A DNA stretch of 64,000 bases from Longimicrobiales bacterium (GTDB lineage: Bacteria; Gemmatimonadota; Gemmatimonadetes; Longimicrobiales; Gaopeijiaceae), in the NCBI GenBank assembly GCA_965116905.1, contig OZ220732.1:3776001-3840000 (forward strand). The letters are read 5' to 3'. Shown here piece after piece: positions 40,490-49,776 of the stretch. The notes below the pieces were generated by a model that made no database searches, was not told the DNA's origin, and saw only the letters and a list, made by a program, of their open reading frames with translations. The stretch's first letter is position 1. The number at the start of each line of letters is the position of its first letter. A program made the position numbers and the translations under genes.

Positions 40490-41467
40490 CGGCGCCGACT
40501 CGCTCCCGCCGACGGCCGCCGCATAGCGCCGCACCACCTCGCCCGCCTCCTCGATACGCGAGATCCCGGCGACGCTCTTCCCCGCCTGCCACAACTCCTT
40601 CTCCTCGTCGGTCAGCGAACGTTTCAGCTGCCAGAATGACTTGACGGCGTAGAAGAGCCGCATCCAGTGCCTGGTGCGCTTGCCCCGCAGCAGGCGTTTC
40701 GCGAGGGGACCGGCGGTCAGACCCATGCGTCGCACGTACGCGGTGTTCAGGACGGACACCGGAATCCCCGTCAGCTTCTCCGACAGCACCACGTCGTCTT
40801 CCGCCGCCTCCAGGATCGCCCGCTTGTAGGCGTCCGAGGCCGTGCACTCGCGCGTGGCGATGAAGCGCGTGCCCAGCTGGACGCCCGCGTACCCGAGCGA
40901 CAGAGCGCGCGCGAATTCGCCCGGCGTGCCGACGCCGCCGGCGCACACGACCGGCACCCCCAGGTCCCCCACCTCGTCGAGGAGCGCTTCGACCGCGAGG
41001 GGGCCGGCGTGTCCGCCCGCGCGCCGGTTGACGGCGATGAGACCGTGGACTCCCGACTCGAGTCCCTTGAGCGCCCACTTCCGCTCCGTAACGTCGTGAT
41101 ACACGATCCCGCCATGCGGCGCGACCCGGTCCACCACCCACCGGGGCTTTCCCAGCGAGGTCACGAAGAACCGCACCCCCTCCTCGAGCGCGATGTCGAT
41201 CCACTCCACCATGCGCTCGTGGTACTTCCTGGAGGCCTTCTCGATCAGCGCGTTCATGCCGATCGGCTTCGAGGTCAGCCGCCGCATGTAGCGGAGTCCC
41301 TCGCGGAAGTCATAGCCGTGCACGTAGGTGAGACTGACGGGCTGCAGGATCCCGATGCCGCCGGCCTCCGACGCGGCCGCCACCAGTTCGGGATTGCTGC
41401 ACGGGTACATGGCCCCGCAGATCAGCGGCACCTCGATCCCGGCGTGCTCCGTCAGCGCCGTCCTCAC
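40481..41467 (-). CDS. Nitronate monooxygenase / FabK-like flavoprotein
   Basis: PLICGAM, AASEAGGIG, AGGHAG, PVVCAGGV, GYAGVQLGTRFIATREC. Confidence 0.9.
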   Translation of the reverse strand: MRTALTEHAGIEVPLICGAMYPCSNPELVAAASEAGGIGILQPVSLTYVHGYDFREGLRYMRRLTSKPIGMNALIEKASRKYHERMVEWIDIALEEGVRFFVTSLGKPRWVVDRVAPHGGIVYHDVTERKWALKGLESGVHGLIAVNRRAGGHAGPLAVEALLDEVGDLGVPVVCAGGVGTPGEFARALSLGYAGVQLGTRFIATRECTASDAYKRAILEAAEDDVVLSEKLTGIPVSVLNTAYVRRMGLTAGPLAKRLLRGKRTRHWMRLFYAVKSFWQLKRSLTDEEKELWQAGKSVAGISRIEEAGEVVRRYAAAVGGSESAPLA

Positions 41468-42168
41468 GGCTTCCGCCCCAGCACGGCAATCCTGCGCCGC
41501 AGCAGCGGCACCCAGCGCTGCAGGGTCCGTTCCAGCGCCCTCAGCCCGGGCAGGTGCGACTCGGCGAAGTAGGCGCGCTCGATCCGGAACCCGGCCCCGG
41601 TCATGAGCCCCCTCATGCGCGCCATCGACTTGTAGTCCACATGGCTCACGTCCCGCTTCAGGAGGATGTCGTTGTTCTTCAGCACTTCAAGGATGTGACT
41701 CCGGCACGGCGTCCACACCGCGAACACGCCTCCCGGCGCCAGCACGCGAAACGCCTCCGCCGCGACGGCCTCGGAGTCGTCCGGGTAGAGGTGCTCGAAC
41801 AGGTCGGCCGCGACCACCGCTTCGAACGAGTCCTCCTCCAGCCCCGTGGCCCGCGCGTCGGCGACCTGAAACACCACGTTGTCCACGCCGTGCACGGGCA
41901 CGCGCGCGTTGCACCCCGCGACCGCGCGCTCGGAGAAATCGACGCCGACGACCTCGCGGACCCGCGGGGCGAGCGCGTAGCTGATGGTGCCCCACCCGCA
42001 CCCCATGTCCAGGACCCGGTCGGTCGGCCGTCCCGGGTACAGCTCGGTCACCCTGGCGATCCGGTAGCGCTGGAAGCGGCTTTCGAAGTCGTGCAGGTGC
42101 TCCGCCGCGTCGAAATAGGCGGTCTCGTCGTAGTACGATCTGCCGACTCGCCTGCCCCGTTCCGTCAC
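41464..42168 (-). CDS. Class I SAM-dependent methyltransferase
   Basis: RVLDMGCGWG, VVGVDFS, ADLFEHL, RVLAPGG; stop overlaps the next GTG; start approximate. Confidence 0.88.
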   Translation of the reverse strand: MTERGRRVGRSYYDETAYFDAAEHLHDFESRFQRYRIARVTELYPGRPTDRVLDMGCGWGTISYALAPRVREVVGVDFSERAVAGCNARVPVHGVDNVVFQVADARATGLEEDSFEAVVAADLFEHLYPDDSEAVAAEAFRVLAPGGVFAVWTPCRSHILEVLKNNDILLKRDVSHVDYKSMARMRGLMTGAGFRIERAYFAESHLPGLRALERTLQRWVPLLRRRIAVLGRKP

Positions 42169-42258
42169 TGGTCCATTCGCCTTTCCGCGGCCTCCCGTTG
42201 TAAACTCATCGGTCGCGATCCCCGGCCAAACTACCAGCGACCATCGCACCTTCGAAAC

Positions 42259-42996
42259 GTGTCATCCAATCTGCCCACGCCCGTCCGCCGCTACGGCGAC
42301 AAGGAGGTCAGGCGGCTCCTGCAGCGGGCCGCAGAACTCCAGAAGCAGGAATCGGTCGGCGAATACGGGGACGACGCTGGCGGTCTGACGCTGGCCGATC
42401 TTCAGGAAGTCGCCGCCGAAGCCGGGATCCACCCCCGGTACATTCAGCGCGCCGCGGCGGGCATCGAGGGGTCCGGGCCGTCGGGGCTCGCGGCCAGGCT
42501 TGCGGGCACCGAGTTGACGATCACCGTCGAGCGGATCGTGCCCGGCGAACTTCCGGAAGAGGGATTCGAGCAGGCGATCCTCGAGATACAGCGGGCGTTC
42601 TCCGGCTCCGGGAACCCGTCGATGGTGGGCCGCACGCTGATGTGGAAGTCGGACGCGATGGAACACCAGAGCTCGCTCCAGGTCACGGTCTCATCGCGTC
42701 ACGGCGAGACCCGAATCCGCGCCGAGGAGCGGCTCCACGGAACGGCTGCGGCGGCGCACCTGGGACTTGTCGTGGGCGCCGGCATGGGGGTCGGCCTGGG
42801 CGTCGGCTTCTCGGTCGGACTGGCGGTTCTCGGCTCCGCGCTCTTCGCGACCCTGTTCCCCGTCGGAGCGATCGGCGGGATCTACGCGGGGGTCCGTCAC
42901 TGGATGAAGAAGTTCGGTGTCAAGCGCCGCAGGGAGCTGGAGCGGATGGCGGACCGGATCGCCGGTTACGCGCGCACCGACGAACTACCAGGATGA
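42259..42996 (+). CDS. Hypothetical membrane protein
   Basis: N-terminal [19 protein letters not shown]...[15 protein letters not shown], two C-terminal TM helices; codon usage fits the genome. Confidence 0.7.
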   Translation: MSSNLPTPVRRYGDKEVRRLLQRAAELQKQESVGEYGDDAGGLTLADLQEVAAEAGIHPRYIQRAAAGIEGSGPSGLAARLAGTELTITVERIVPGELPEEGFEQAILEIQRAFSGSGNPSMVGRTLMWKSDAMEHQSSLQVTVSSRHGETRIRAEERLHGTAAAAHLGLVVGAGMGVGLGVGFSVGLAVLGSALFATLFPVGAIGGIYAGVRHWMKKFGVKRRRELERMADRIAGYARTDELPG

Positions 42997-43290
42997 CTTC
43001 CGGACTCCCGGAATCAGGCCGTGCAGCGACATGTCGCGAAACGCGATGCGTGAGATTCCGAACTTGCCGATGAAGCCCCGGGGACGCCCGGTCATCTGGC
43101 AGCGGTTGCGGTAGCGCACGGCAGCCGAGTCCCGGGGCAGCGCCTGGAGAGTCGCCATCGCCTCGCGCTTGCTGGCGGGCGCGGCGTTCGGATCCTTCAT
43201 GACCGCCGTAAGTTCCTGCCGCCTGGCGGCGTACTTGGCGACCAGCTTCGCCCGGCGGTCGTTCTTCTGCAGTTTGCCCTTCTTGGCCAT
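42985..43290 (-). CDS. rpsN: 30S ribosomal protein S14, long (101 aa) Zn-ribbon-free form
   Basis: MAKK...[22 protein letters not shown]...SRIAFRDM...IPGVRKSSW; only one Cys. Confidence 0.95.
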   Translation of the reverse strand: MAKKGKLQKNDRRAKLVAKYAARRQELTAVMKDPNAAPASKREAMATLQALPRDSAAVRYRNRCQMTGRPRGFIGKFGISRIAFRDMSLHGLIPGVRKSSW

Positions 43291-43386
43291 CGGCAGTGCT
43301 TTTGGAGGAGTTGTGGGCGGTCGTGCACGGAGCGGCACGGCCTAGCCATTAAAGCTCGCGATACCGAGAGCGGAAATCAAGCGCAA

Positions 43387-43974
43387 CTAATGCGGCCGGT
43401 GTGCCACCACGCGCGACTCGTTCGTCTCGAGGTAGGGCCCCCCGATCAGGTCCACGCAGTCCGGCACGGCGGCGAACACGGCGTCCAGGCACTCTCGCAC
43501 CGCCTTCGGCGACCCCGGCAGATTGATGATCAGCGACGATCCCCGCACGCCGGCGGTCTGCCGCGACAGGATGGCGGTCGGGACATGAGGACGGGACACC
43601 GCGCGCATGGCCTCGCCGAATCCGGCAAGCTCCTTGTCCAGGACCGCGGCGGTCGCCTCGGGGGTGACGTCCCGCGGAGCCGGTCCGGTGCCGCCCGTGG
43701 TGATCACCAGGGAGCACCCTTCATCGTCCACGAGCTCGACCAGCGTGTCCCGCACGAGGCCCACTTCGTCGGGGATCACGCGCGTCGCAGCGCGCCAGGG
43801 TGTCGCGAGCACCTCCGACAGGTACGCGCGCACGGCGGGGCCGCCCCGATCTTCGTATTCCCCGCGGGACGCACGATCCGATACGACGAGGATGCCGATC
43901 CGCACCAACTCGCCGCCAGGGTCGTCCGATCCGGGGGCCGACGGTGTCCGTCCAACTGTGTCGCTGCTGTCCAT
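43387..43974 (-). CDS. mog: Molybdopterin adenylyltransferase
   Basis: VSDRASRGEYEDRGGP, TTGGTGPAPRDVTPEAT, GFGEAMR, PTAILSRQTAG, INLPGSPK. Confidence 0.93.
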   Translation of the reverse strand: MDSSDTVGRTPSAPGSDDPGGELVRIGILVVSDRASRGEYEDRGGPAVRAYLSEVLATPWRAATRVIPDEVGLVRDTLVELVDDEGCSLVITTGGTGPAPRDVTPEATAAVLDKELAGFGEAMRAVSRPHVPTAILSRQTAGVRGSSLIINLPGSPKAVRECLDAVFAAVPDCVDLIGGPYLETNESRVVAHRPH

Positions 43975-44057
43975 GTTCGACAATATGGGCAGTTTGTGGC
44001 ATTTTTTCACGGCACGGGCGGAGCCGCCGCCCCACGACCCGGCCAACACGACCCACC

Positions 44058-44399
44058 ATGACCGACGACGCCCCGCGCGATGCGGCCACCGCGATGCTCC
44101 CCGCCAGCTACGACGGACTGCGAATCCTGCAGTCGGAGTTCCGGCGGTACCAGGCTGCCGCTTTCCCGGTCCGCCCGCCCCGCTTCTTCGCCCTTGAGCT
44201 GGCCGGTGAAACCGGTGAGCTGGCGAACCTCGAAAAGAAGGTCTGGAAGGGCCGCACCGTCGCCGACGCCGACTTCGAGGACGAGACCGCCGACGTGTGC
44301 ATCGCCCTCATCAACTTCGCCAACAGCCGCGGGATCGACCTCGCACGGGTGGTGGCACGGAAGATGAGCAAGATCGACAGGGGACGGACAGCCGTATGA
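44058..44399 (+). CDS. MazG-like nucleotide pyrophosphohydrolase
   Basis: LAGETGELAN..KK and EDETADV (ExxE...ExxD), GIDL...K; ATGA overlap with folE2. Confidence 0.8.
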   Translation: MTDDAPRDAATAMLPASYDGLRILQSEFRRYQAAAFPVRPPRFFALELAGETGELANLEKKVWKGRTVADADFEDETADVCIALINFANSRGIDLARVVARKMSKIDRGRTAV

Positions 44400-45202
44400 C
44401 GAAGACGATGCACGCAGCGCTCGCGGACGTGCAGGCCGACCCCGACCTGCGCAGGGTCCCCATCGCCAAGGTCGGCGTCCAGAACATCCGTTTCCCGATC
44501 GCGGTGAGGGACCGGAGCAAGACCGCGCAGCACACCGTGGGCTGGATCGACATGTCGGTGGATCTCCCCTCCCACTTCAAGGGGACCCACATGAGCCGGT
44601 TCATGGAGATCCTGAACTCCCACGACGGCGAGATCTCCGTCGAGGCCCTGCCGGCCATCCTGCAGACCATGCGCGAGCGGCTGAACGCCGCGACCGCGCA
44701 CCTGCGCATCTCGTTTCCCTACTTCATGGAGAAGCGGGCGCCGGTCACGGGCGCGTCGGGCCTGCTGTCGTACGAGTGCGTCTTCGACGCGTCCACCGGA
44801 GCCGACGACGACTTCGTGCTTACGGTCAAGGTCCCGGTGACGACGCTCTGCCCCTGCTCGCGCGAGATCAGCGCCAGGGGCGCCCACAATCAGCGCGGGA
44901 TCGTCACGGTGAAGGTCCGCTTCGACGGCGAACTGTGGATCGAGGACCTGGTGGAGCTGGTCGACGAATCGGCTTCGTGCGACCTCTACCCGGTGCTCAA
45001 GCGGTCGGACGAGAAGTGGGTGACCGAGCGGGCGTACGACAACCCGCGCTTCGTGGAGGACCTGGTGAGAGAGGTGACGCTCCGGCTGCGTGACCTGCCC
45101 GGGATCACCTGGTTCAACGTCCACGTGGTCAACTTCGAGTCGATCCACGAGCACGACGCGTACGCCGAGGTGGAAGAGGACCGCCGGGCCGTCAGAGCCT
45201 GA
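44396..45202 (+). CDS. folE2: GTP cyclohydrolase I type B
   Basis: DVQ, KVGV, KGTHMSRF, TTLCPCS, GAHNQR, LKRSDEK, NPRFVEDLVR, ESIHEHDA. Confidence 0.95.
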   Translation: MTKTMHAALADVQADPDLRRVPIAKVGVQNIRFPIAVRDRSKTAQHTVGWIDMSVDLPSHFKGTHMSRFMEILNSHDGEISVEALPAILQTMRERLNAATAHLRISFPYFMEKRAPVTGASGLLSYECVFDASTGADDDFVLTVKVPVTTLCPCSREISARGAHNQRGIVTVKVRFDGELWIEDLVELVDESASCDLYPVLKRSDEKWVTERAYDNPRFVEDLVREVTLRLRDLPGITWFNVHVVNFESIHEHDAYAEVEEDRRAVRA

Positions 45203-45851
45203 CTTCGCCCCGCGCGGGCGTTCGCAGGAAGGCGCGCAGTTCGTGCGTGCCGTGCGCCACCGCAAGGGCCACTCCCAGCCCGTTCAGGTCCGTCCGCACC
45301 GCATCGGGATCGGGGTGGCGGGCGTCGATCCCCGCCAGGGTGACGCCGTGGTCCGGGAGGCCGGCGCAGGGGTGCGGGGTCGCGCCCCAATCGATGAAGA
45401 AGGGGACGATGCCGCGCCGGGGAAGCGGCTCCCGGGGCATGCTCAGCGTCCAGGAGATGCGCTGGCCGCCGGGCGTGGCGCGCGACATGGAGCGGACCGG
45501 GCCGAGGAGGTGGCCGGCGGCGCCGTCCGCGAGGCCGTGCAGGTCGCCCGAGCGGACGGCCCAGGTGACCAGCGCCGGGAGCGGTGCCGCGCCGCGCGCC
45601 AGCCACAGTCCCCCCGGCGGAGGCGGCTGCTCCGGATCGGGACCGACCACCTCCAGGTATACCCGGGGTCCGACCTTCAGGAGAGCGTTTCGGGTGCCGA
45701 GCCCGGGATGACTGCCGCCGGGCGTCAGGGGTACGCCGAGGCGCTCTTCGACTTCGCCGACGCCGGCAGCGAGGTCGGGGACCGCGTAGACGAGGTGATC
45801 GGTGACCGCGGGGAACGAGCCCGCAGGTGCCGGTTGCGGTGAACCGGTCAC
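45192..45851 (-). CDS. VOC/glyoxalase-like family protein
   Basis: DHLVYAVPDL, GGSHPGLGTRNAL, YLEVVG, PFFIDW. Confidence 0.85.
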   Translation of the reverse strand: MTGSPQPAPAGSFPAVTDHLVYAVPDLAAGVGEVEERLGVPLTPGGSHPGLGTRNALLKVGPRVYLEVVGPDPEQPPPPGGLWLARGAAPLPALVTWAVRSGDLHGLADGAAGHLLGPVRSMSRATPGGQRISWTLSMPREPLPRRGIVPFFIDWGATPHPCAGLPDHGVTLAGIDARHPDPDAVRTDLNGLGVALAVAHGTHELRAFLRTPARGEVRL

Positions 45852-45872
45852 GCGTCTGCGGCCGACCGCCGG

Positions 45873-46124
45873 CTAGCTGTCCTGGCCGCCGTACCGGCGC
45901 TGGAAGCGCTCCACCCGCCCGGCGCTGTCGAGGAGTCGTTGCGTACCGGTGTAGAACGGGTGCGACGACGACGAGACCTCGAGGGTGACGAGCGGGTATT
46001 CCTTTCCGTCCTCCCACTCTATGGTCCGCTTGGTGGCGACGGTGGAGCGGGTCAGGAAGGAATAGCCCGTCGAGACATCCTGGAAGACGACGGGCCGGTA
46101 TTTGGGATGAGTGTCTTTCTTCAC
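45873..46124 (-). CDS. rpmE2: 50S ribosomal protein L31 type B
   Basis: [16 protein letters not shown]...[12 protein letters not shown]...[11 protein letters not shown]; no Cys. Confidence 0.95.
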   Translation of the reverse strand: MKKDTHPKYRPVVFQDVSTGYSFLTRSTVATKRTIEWEDGKEYPLVTLEVSSSSHPFYTGTQRLLDSAGRVERFQRRYGGQDS

Positions 46125-46134
46125 GACTTGCCGT

Positions 46135-46236
46135 TCCGGGCTGATGCGACGGTCTCCGGGCTGAATGACGACGGTCCGGATATCGAGCGGACCGCCCGGG
46201 TATCGAGCGGACCGCCACCGATATGGAGCGACCGCC
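46135..46236. repeat. Two adjacent tandem repeats of about 20 bp (2 + 3 units) in the rpmE2 leader
   Basis: tccgggctgatgcgacggtc / tccgggctgaatgacgacggtc, then ccggatatcgagcggaccgc / ccgggtatcgagcggaccgc / caccgatatggagcgaccgc. Confidence 0.8.
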
Positions 46237-46255
46237 GCCTGGTGTACAGACCTTA

Positions 46256-46285
46256 ATATTACCCAGTCTGGACGATTGCGGTCAA
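46256..46285 (-). promoter_or_regulatory. Candidate sigma70 promoter for rpmE2
   Basis: Minus strand TTGACC-18 bp-TAATAT. Confidence 0.4.
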
Positions 46286-46366
46286 CGGGCTATCTTAATG
46301 GGCGACCGGTTCGAAGTCCCGTGGGCCGGCCACCCCGAACCGGCTGGCGACAGTCAGGGAGAAATC

Positions 46367-46537
46367 ATGGCGAAGAAGTCCGGCAAGGGACCGCGAGTGA
46401 TGGTGAAGATGTCCAGCACGGAGAGCCCCTACCGCTTCACCACCACGAAAAACAAGCGAAACAACCCCCAGCGTCTGGAGCTCCGGCGCTACGACCCGGT
46501 GCTGCGGCGCCACGTCCTGTTCCGGGAAGAGAAATAG
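46367..46537 (+). CDS. rpmG: 50S ribosomal protein L33, Cys-free form
   Basis: [44 protein letters not shown]. Confidence 0.95.
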   Translation: MAKKSGKGPRVMVKMSSTESPYRFTTTKNKRNNPQRLELRRYDPVLRRHVLFREEK

Positions 46538-46565
46538 GCGTTCGGGGTACAAACGGAGGATCACG

Positions 46566-46805
46566 ATGTCCCGCAAGTGCGACATCACCGGGAAACGGCC
46601 CCTGACCGGGCACAACGTCTCCCACGCTCACAACAAGACCAAGAAGCGGCAGTTGCCGAACCTGCAGACGAAACGAATCTTCGTCCCCGAGCTGGACAAG
46701 TCTGTCCGGATCAAGGTCTCCACTTCCGCCCTTCGGTCGATCGACAAGATGGGGTTGGCGGCATTCCTACGGAAGAACGGGCTCTCGCTCAGCGACGTCA
46801 CCTGA
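46566..46805 (+). CDS. rpmB: 50S ribosomal protein L28, Zn-ribbon-free form
   Basis: MSRKCDITGKRPLTGHNVSHAHNKTKKRQLPNLQ...IKVSTSALRSIDKMG; single Cys. Confidence 0.95.
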   Translation: MSRKCDITGKRPLTGHNVSHAHNKTKKRQLPNLQTKRIFVPELDKSVRIKVSTSALRSIDKMGLAAFLRKNGLSLSDVT

Positions 46806-46822
46806 CAGCCCGCGGCAGCCAT

Positions 46823-48973
46823 TTGCGCTGCCGTCGCCGTGCGCGCGGTCAGGCAGCACGGTCCTGCCGCATCGCCGCCCTCCGGCGCGCGGCCGCAGTC
46901 GCCGCGTCAGTGGTTGCCGCGTCCGCGGTCGCTCCGTTCGTGGTCGCCCAGTTCGCGGTCGCCCCTTCCCTGTTCGGCTCACACCTTCTCGCGCAGGAAG
47001 CCGCGTTCGATACGCCCGCGGTCCTGTCTCTCGTGCGACGGGCGCGCGAGTTGCGCGAGTCCCCGCCCCCGGCGACGGCATCGGCAGCGTACAAGGCGCG
47101 CGCCGAGGGGCACGTCTACTTCTACCTGGACCGCGACGACGGCGGCGAGCCTGTCCCCATGAGGGTCGACCAGGTCGCGGTGGACCTTTTCCGCAGTCCT
47201 GACGGCCGAACACGCCAGGTTATCCGCGGGCTCCGGCGCCAGGAACTGCTGCCGGTACAGGACTTCCGGTACTACATCGACCGGCTGACCGCGGTCCAGA
47301 ACGGCTTCGGCGACCGCATCGCGATCGGCGAGGGCCGCGACGTGCGCGACGTGCCCCACCCTCTCGGTAGCGAGGGCGAGGACACGTATCGCTATCGCAT
47401 CGTGGACTCGCTGACGGTCAGCGCGCCCACGCTGCCGAGGCCGATCAGGGTGTACGAAATCGAGGCGCATCCTCGCGACGAGGCAATGCCGGCCATTGTC
47501 GGGAGCGTGTTCGTCGAGGCGGACACGGGTGCGCTCGTGAGGATGGTGTTCACGTTCACGCCGGCCTCCTATGTCGACCCCCGCAGCGACCGGATCACGG
47601 TGCGGCTGGAACACGCGCTCTGGGAAGAGGCGCTGTGGCTCCCGTACCGACAGGTCGTCGAGGTCCGCCGCGAGATTCCGCAGCTCGACCTCCCGGTGGG
47701 TTCGGTGATCCGCGCGACGCTGCAGGTGACGGGCTACGAATTCGATCCCGTGATCGAGCCCGGGTTCTTTCGGGGACCCCGGGTGACGATGGTGCCCTAC
47801 GGGGCGGCCGACTCGACCGAGTTCCGCACGGGGCTCATGGACCGCATGGCGGAGGAAGGGCTCTCGCCGGTGAGCATGGCCCGGATCGAGGCCGAAGTTC
47901 GGCGCCAGGCCCGCGCCCGCCTGGTCAGCGGACTGCCGCGCGTGCGGGTCTATGCGGACGCCTTCTCCTCCGTCCTCCGGGCCAACCGCGCGGAAGGCGT
48001 GCACTTCGGACTGGGCAGCTCCTTCACCCCACGCGACAGGTTCAGGATGCAGGGGCTCGCCGGGTACCAGTCGGCCCCCGGCACGGTCTCCGGAACGCTG
48101 CGCGGCCGCCTGAGCGCGGAAGACGGCTTGACCACGACCACCTTCGAGCTCTACGCAAGACAGCTGCGGGACGCGGGTCCCCGCACGGCGGCCTCCGGAG
48201 CCGTGAACACACTCTCCACGCTGCTGCGCGGCACCGACTACACCGACCCCTACTTCGCGTCGGGGGTGCGCGTCGGTGTCGATCGCGGGGTCGGCGACGG
48301 GGCATCCGTCACCATCGGTGGCCGGGCGGAGGAGCTGAGCGGGGCAACGGCGCTCTGGGCGCGGGGGCTGGGCTCGAGCGCGGACCGGCGTCCGCTGCGC
48401 CCCGTCGGCGAAGGGGTGTTCGTCGGCGCCGACAGCGAGCTGCGGTACAGATGGACGGGCGTGCCGACATGGGGAGCCGAGGCGGCCGCCGTCGCCACCG
48501 CGGGCAGGTGGGATGGCGGCGGCAATCTGACGCTGGTGGCGCGGCTGGACGCCAGGCTCGCCGCCCGTGACCTCGCGCGGCGCGTCAACCTGAAGGTGGA
48601 GGCCGGCGCGGCATGGGGCGCCCTGCCGCAACAAATGCTGTTCTTCATGGGCGGCCGCGGCACCCTGCCGGGGCACGGCTTTCGCGCATTCGGCGGCCGC
48701 CGTTTCGTCCTTGCGACCGGAGAGGCGGCATTCACCCTCCGTCCGGGATGGCTGACGGCCAGGCTGCTGGCGGGTGCCGGCGCGGTCGGAGCGACCTCCG
48801 ACGCGCTCCGGGAGGACTGGGGGGTTGCGCCCACCGACGGGCTGCGCGCGTACGCCGGTGTCGGCCTCAGCACGCTGTACGACATTCTGCGCGTCGATGG
48901 CGCATGGGGACTGCCTCGCGGTAGCTTCGAGATCATCCTTTCGATCGACCCGAGGCTCCGGCCCTATCTTTGA
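46823..48973 (+). CDS. Hypothetical outer-membrane beta-barrel protein (BamA/TamA-like C-terminus)
   Basis: Signal ending LLAQE; C-terminal FMGGRGTLPGHGFR.FGG and amphipathic strands; start uncertain. Confidence 0.7.
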   Translation: MRCRRRARGQAARSCRIAALRRAAAVAASVVAASAVAPFVVAQFAVAPSLFGSHLLAQEAAFDTPAVLSLVRRARELRESPPPATASAAYKARAEGHVYFYLDRDDGGEPVPMRVDQVAVDLFRSPDGRTRQVIRGLRRQELLPVQDFRYYIDRLTAVQNGFGDRIAIGEGRDVRDVPHPLGSEGEDTYRYRIVDSLTVSAPTLPRPIRVYEIEAHPRDEAMPAIVGSVFVEADTGALVRMVFTFTPASYVDPRSDRITVRLEHALWEEALWLPYRQVVEVRREIPQLDLPVGSVIRATLQVTGYEFDPVIEPGFFRGPRVTMVPYGAADSTEFRTGLMDRMAEEGLSPVSMARIEAEVRRQARARLVSGLPRVRVYADAFSSVLRANRAEGVHFGLGSSFTPRDRFRMQGLAGYQSAPGTVSGTLRGRLSAEDGLTTTTFELYARQLRDAGPRTAASGAVNTLSTLLRGTDYTDPYFASGVRVGVDRGVGDGASVTIGGRAEELSGATALWARGLGSSADRRPLRPVGEGVFVGADSELRYRWTGVPTWGAEAAAVATAGRWDGGGNLTLVARLDARLAARDLARRVNLKVEAGAAWGALPQQMLFFMGGRGTLPGHGFRAFGGRRFVLATGEAAFTLRPGWLTARLLAGAGAVGATSDALREDWGVAPTDGLRAYAGVGLSTLYDILRVDGAWGLPRGSFEIILSIDPRLRPYL

Positions 48974-49056
48974 CGGCCGGGGGAAACCCGGGATCAAGGG
49001 TCGGCGAGACTGGAACGGCGATGCGCCCACCGAACGACACAATACGCTTCAGGCCG

Positions 49057-49707
49057 ATGCGGCCGATCTTCCTGCTGGCACTGCTGGTCCTCCTCCCCGG
49101 AGGCGCCCTGGCGGGCCAGGACGAGGATGTGCACGACCTGAACATGGGCTCGATCGTCCGCATCACCGGGGCCACCGTGCTCCGAGGGGGTCCGGCGTCG
49201 CCGCCGCGACTGTTCCCCGTGGTGATCGAGGGCAACGTCGTCGGGTTGCGCGGCGACACGCTGCTCTTCGAGACCGGCAACGAACCGGTGTACTGGATTC
49301 CGCTCAGCGAGCAGCCACTGGTCGAGCGCCGCGCCGCCGTTCGGGACACGAAGCGCTCGGTGCTCGTCATGTCCGTCGTGTCGGCTGCCGCCGGGGCCAC
49401 GTTTGCGTGGGGCTGGCATGATCAGTGCCATGTCAACCAGGAGGCGCTGCAGGTGGGGCTGCAAATCACGACCTGTCCGGACGAAAGCTCCGAGGGGGAG
49501 GCCCTGCTGCGCGGACTGGCGCTGGGCGCCGGCGTCGGCGTGGCGGCGGGCATCGTGCTGAGCCGCTTCGTCAAGCGCCAGGGCTGGGTGCCGCTGACCC
49601 TGGACCGGATTCGATTCCAGGGCATGCCGGGCATCGGGAGCGCCGGCGGCGTCCGGCCGGGCGCATCCGGGCTGACGATCCGCTGGGCGGTCGGCGGGCG
49701 TCCCTAG
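49057..49707 (+). CDS. Hypothetical secreted/membrane protein
   Basis: Signal MRPIFLLALLVLLPGGALAG; two hydrophobic helices. Confidence 0.65.
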   Translation: MRPIFLLALLVLLPGGALAGQDEDVHDLNMGSIVRITGATVLRGGPASPPRLFPVVIEGNVVGLRGDTLLFETGNEPVYWIPLSEQPLVERRAAVRDTKRSVLVMSVVSAAAGATFAWGWHDQCHVNQEALQVGLQITTCPDESSEGEALLRGLALGAGVGVAAGIVLSRFVKRQGWVPLTLDRIRFQGMPGIGSAGGVRPGASGLTIRWAVGGRP

Positions 49708-49776
49708 CAGCCGGCGGGCGTCCCCAGCGGCCGGGGGGCGTCCCCAGCGACCGGCGGGCGTCCCTAGCAGCCGGCG
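49691..49776. repeat. 20-bp tandem repeat (4.3 units) at a convergent gene junction
   Basis: Consensus ccggcgggcgtccc(t/c)agc(a/g)(g/a), 4 units, no spacers. Confidence 0.9.

Noticed and set aside
46254..46261. TAATATTA palindrome as a Zur box
   Set aside because: Too short and coincides with the predicted -10 element; it does not match Zur motifs I know.
49691..49776. Possible CRISPR array (also 46135-46236 and 53141-53194)
   Set aside because: Units are contiguous without spacers, too short, and no cas genes are present.
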